DNA of 55,672 bases, taken from an uncultured Gammaproteobacteria bacterium. Its GTDB lineage: Bacteria > Patescibacteriota > Patescibacteriia > Patescibacteriales > UBA12465. The stretch is from NCBI GenBank assembly GCA_964548885.1, contig CAZJSQ010000003.1, positions 1-55,672 on the forward strand, read 5' to 3'. Positions 54,532-55,672 of this stretch are shown one piece after another. The number at the start of each line of letters is the position of its first letter. Within the stretch, counting starts at the first letter, position 1. The notes beneath the pieces were generated by a model. That model was not told the origin of the DNA. It did no database searches and saw only the letters and a program-made list of their open reading frames with translations. The translations under genes were made by a program, and so were the position numbers.

Positions 54532-55666
54532 GAAAGGTATGGAAAACTTATTGAAAAAAATGGAAGAGTTGCGCGAACGCTTTTTAAAAACAAAAGTGCT
54601 TTTAGATATCGACCGTAAAGCGGTTCAGGAGAGAGAATTGCGCCTTAGGATGTCGGAACCGGATTTTTGGGATGACCGTGAGAGCGCCGTTAAGATCGGC
54701 CGGGAAGTAGAAGAACTGGCTCTCCAAACTAAAGAATGGCGGACCCTGGAAAAAGAAATCAGGGAAGCGGAAGAAATAATGGCTTTGGCTGAATATGAAG
54801 GTGCTGAAAATTCAGCTAAGCGCGAAAAAGAGGGTGAAGCCGGCCTGTCCGCGGATATGGAGAAAAAATATTTGGAACTGGAAAATAAATTCAGTCAGCT
54901 GGAGTTCATTTCGCTTTTTTTCGAGAAATATGACCATGATAACGCCTTACTAGCCATTCATGCCGGTACGGGCGGCGTGGACGCGCAGGATTGGGCGCAG
55001 ATATTGGAACGCCTGTATTTGCGTTTCAGCGAGCGCCAAGGCTGGAAAGCGGAGATTATGGACATAAATTACGGTAGTGAAGCGGGGATTAAAAACGCCG
55101 TGATGCGCGTCTCCGGCTCTTGGGCTTACGGGTATTTAAAAAGTGAAAACGGTTCCCATCGCCTGCTGCGCAATTCGCCTTTCAACGCCGACGGCCTGCG
55201 CCAAACTTCTTACGCGCTCGTGGAAGTTATTCCGGAAATAAAAGACGACGGGTTGATAGTGATTAAGGAAGAGGATGTGCGCGTTGACGTCTTCCGTTCC
55301 AGCGGTCCCGGCGGTCAAAGTGTCAATACGACTGATTCGGCCGTGCGCCTGGTCCATATTCCGACCGGAATTACCGTCGCTTGCCAAAGCGAGCGTTCCC
55401 AGCATCAGAATAAGGAAAATGCTTTTAAGATTCTCAAGGCCAAACTATATCGGCGCGTTTTAGAGGAAAGAGAAGCGGAAGAGCGGAAACTCAAAGGCGA
55501 AGTTCAAAAAGCGGCCTGGAGTTCGCAAATCCGGTCTTATTGCTTGTATGGCAAGCGCTATGTCAAGGATCATCGGACTAGTTATGAAACTTCCAATGTT
55601 GACGCCGTGCTGGACGGAGCTTTAGAGCCGTTTATGGAAGCGTATTTAAGATGGTTGAAGAAATAA
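54530..55666 (+). CDS. prfB: Peptide chain release factor 2 (uninterrupted reading frame)
   Basis: SPF tripeptide (RNSPFNA), GGQ motif (RSSGPGGQSVNTTDSAVRLVHIPTGI), and the RF-2-type N-terminus with EPDFWDD. ATG 54539 (MENLL...) is an alternative start. Confidence 0.9.
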   Translation: MKGMENLLKKMEELRERFLKTKVLLDIDRKAVQERELRLRMSEPDFWDDRESAVKIGREVEELALQTKEWRTLEKEIREAEEIMALAEYEGAENSAKREKEGEAGLSADMEKKYLELENKFSQLEFISLFFEKYDHDNALLAIHAGTGGVDAQDWAQILERLYLRFSERQGWKAEIMDINYGSEAGIKNAVMRVSGSWAYGYLKSENGSHRLLRNSPFNADGLRQTSYALVEVIPEIKDDGLIVIKEEDVRVDVFRSSGPGGQSVNTTDSAVRLVHIPTGITVACQSERSQHQNKENAFKILKAKLYRRVLEEREAEERKLKGEVQKAAWSSQIRSYCLYGKRYVKDHRTSYETSNVDAVLDGALEPFMEAYLRWLKK

Positions 55667-55672
55667 TTCGGC

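Noticed and set aside
54530-54680. I looked for the programmed +1 frameshift (CUU UGA C with an upstream SD-like element) that interrupts prfB in many bacteria.
   Set aside because: The RF2 reading frame is continuous from the start through the region equivalent to the E. coli shift site (…FLKTKVLLDIDRK…). There is no in-frame TGA, so this gene has no frameshift autoregulation.
1-55672. Alternative genetic code (UGA reassigned, as in some candidate-phyla lineages).
   Set aside because: TGA terminates several well-delimited genes, including fcl and the U32 peptidase (both in ATGA overlaps) and the UXS-like gene. Conserved proteins show no internal TGA, and an intact RF2 gene is present.
1-55672. 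tRNA, rRNA, CRISPR arrays, transposases, integrases and prophage or defence genes.
   Set aside because: No spacer exceeds about 170 nt, and the spacers are AT-rich without cloverleaf-like GC stems. There are no regularly spaced direct repeats of CRISPR size. No ORF shows DDE, tyrosine or serine recombinase, reverse transcriptase, nuclease or toxin motifs.

Overview
This is a gene-dense 55.7-kb chromosomal segment with about 55 CDS, more than 90% coding, and all genes on the plus strand except two minus-strand blocks. I saw no rRNA, tRNA, CRISPR array, transposase, integrase or phage gene.

Content in order:
- A fucosylated-glycan locus: FkbM methyltransferase, gmd, fcl, GT11 fucosyltransferase, GT2 and a priming phosphoglycosyltransferase.
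- A large secreted modular protein.
- Housekeeping genes: holB, a BNR lipoprotein, frr, rseP, hpf, secA, ileS, an SPFH protein, Nif3, a U32 peptidase, ruvA and proS.
- mreBCD.
- A sugar-nucleotide block: PfkB kinase, RmlC-like cupin, HIT protein and rmlB.
- An orphan receiver domain followed by a second mreB.
- GT4, an S8 protease fused to FG-GAP repeats, and a UXS-like decarboxylase.
- A minus-strand operon: GspE/PilB-like protein, GT2, small membrane protein, GT4, GT4.
- A partial dcw cluster: mraY, ftsW, murG, murC, an ABC exporter and murB.
- alaS, then infA-rpmJ-rpsM-rpsK-rpsD-rpoA-rplQ, rplM-rpsI and prfB.

The genetic code is standard. TGA is used as a stop, including in two ATGA overlaps, and RF2 is present.

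The overall style suggests a small-genome Patescibacteria/CPR-like bacterium, but this is inference only. The supporting traits are short AT-rich spacers, few Shine-Dalgarno sites, a eukaryote-like IleRS, an archaeal-type ProRS, short AlaRS and RpoA, K/E-rich extensions on ribosomal proteins, and many surface-glycan genes.

I did not find a clear defence island or mobile element. The most unusual items are:
1. RpoA lacks an alpha C-terminal domain.
2. A GspE/PilB-like protein with degenerate catalytic motifs is translationally coupled to a glycosyltransferase operon.
3. A roughly 695-aa secreted protein has five beta-sandwich-like modules, a poly-Ser hinge and a tandem 62-aa C-terminal repeat.
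4. A second MreB sits behind an orphan receiver domain.
5. IleRS carries HYAT where the HxGH (HIGH) motif should be.
6. Start codons almost always have T at -1, spacers next to start codons contain tandem micro-duplications, and the ribosomal-protein operon contains CCGCC/GGCGG hairpins.
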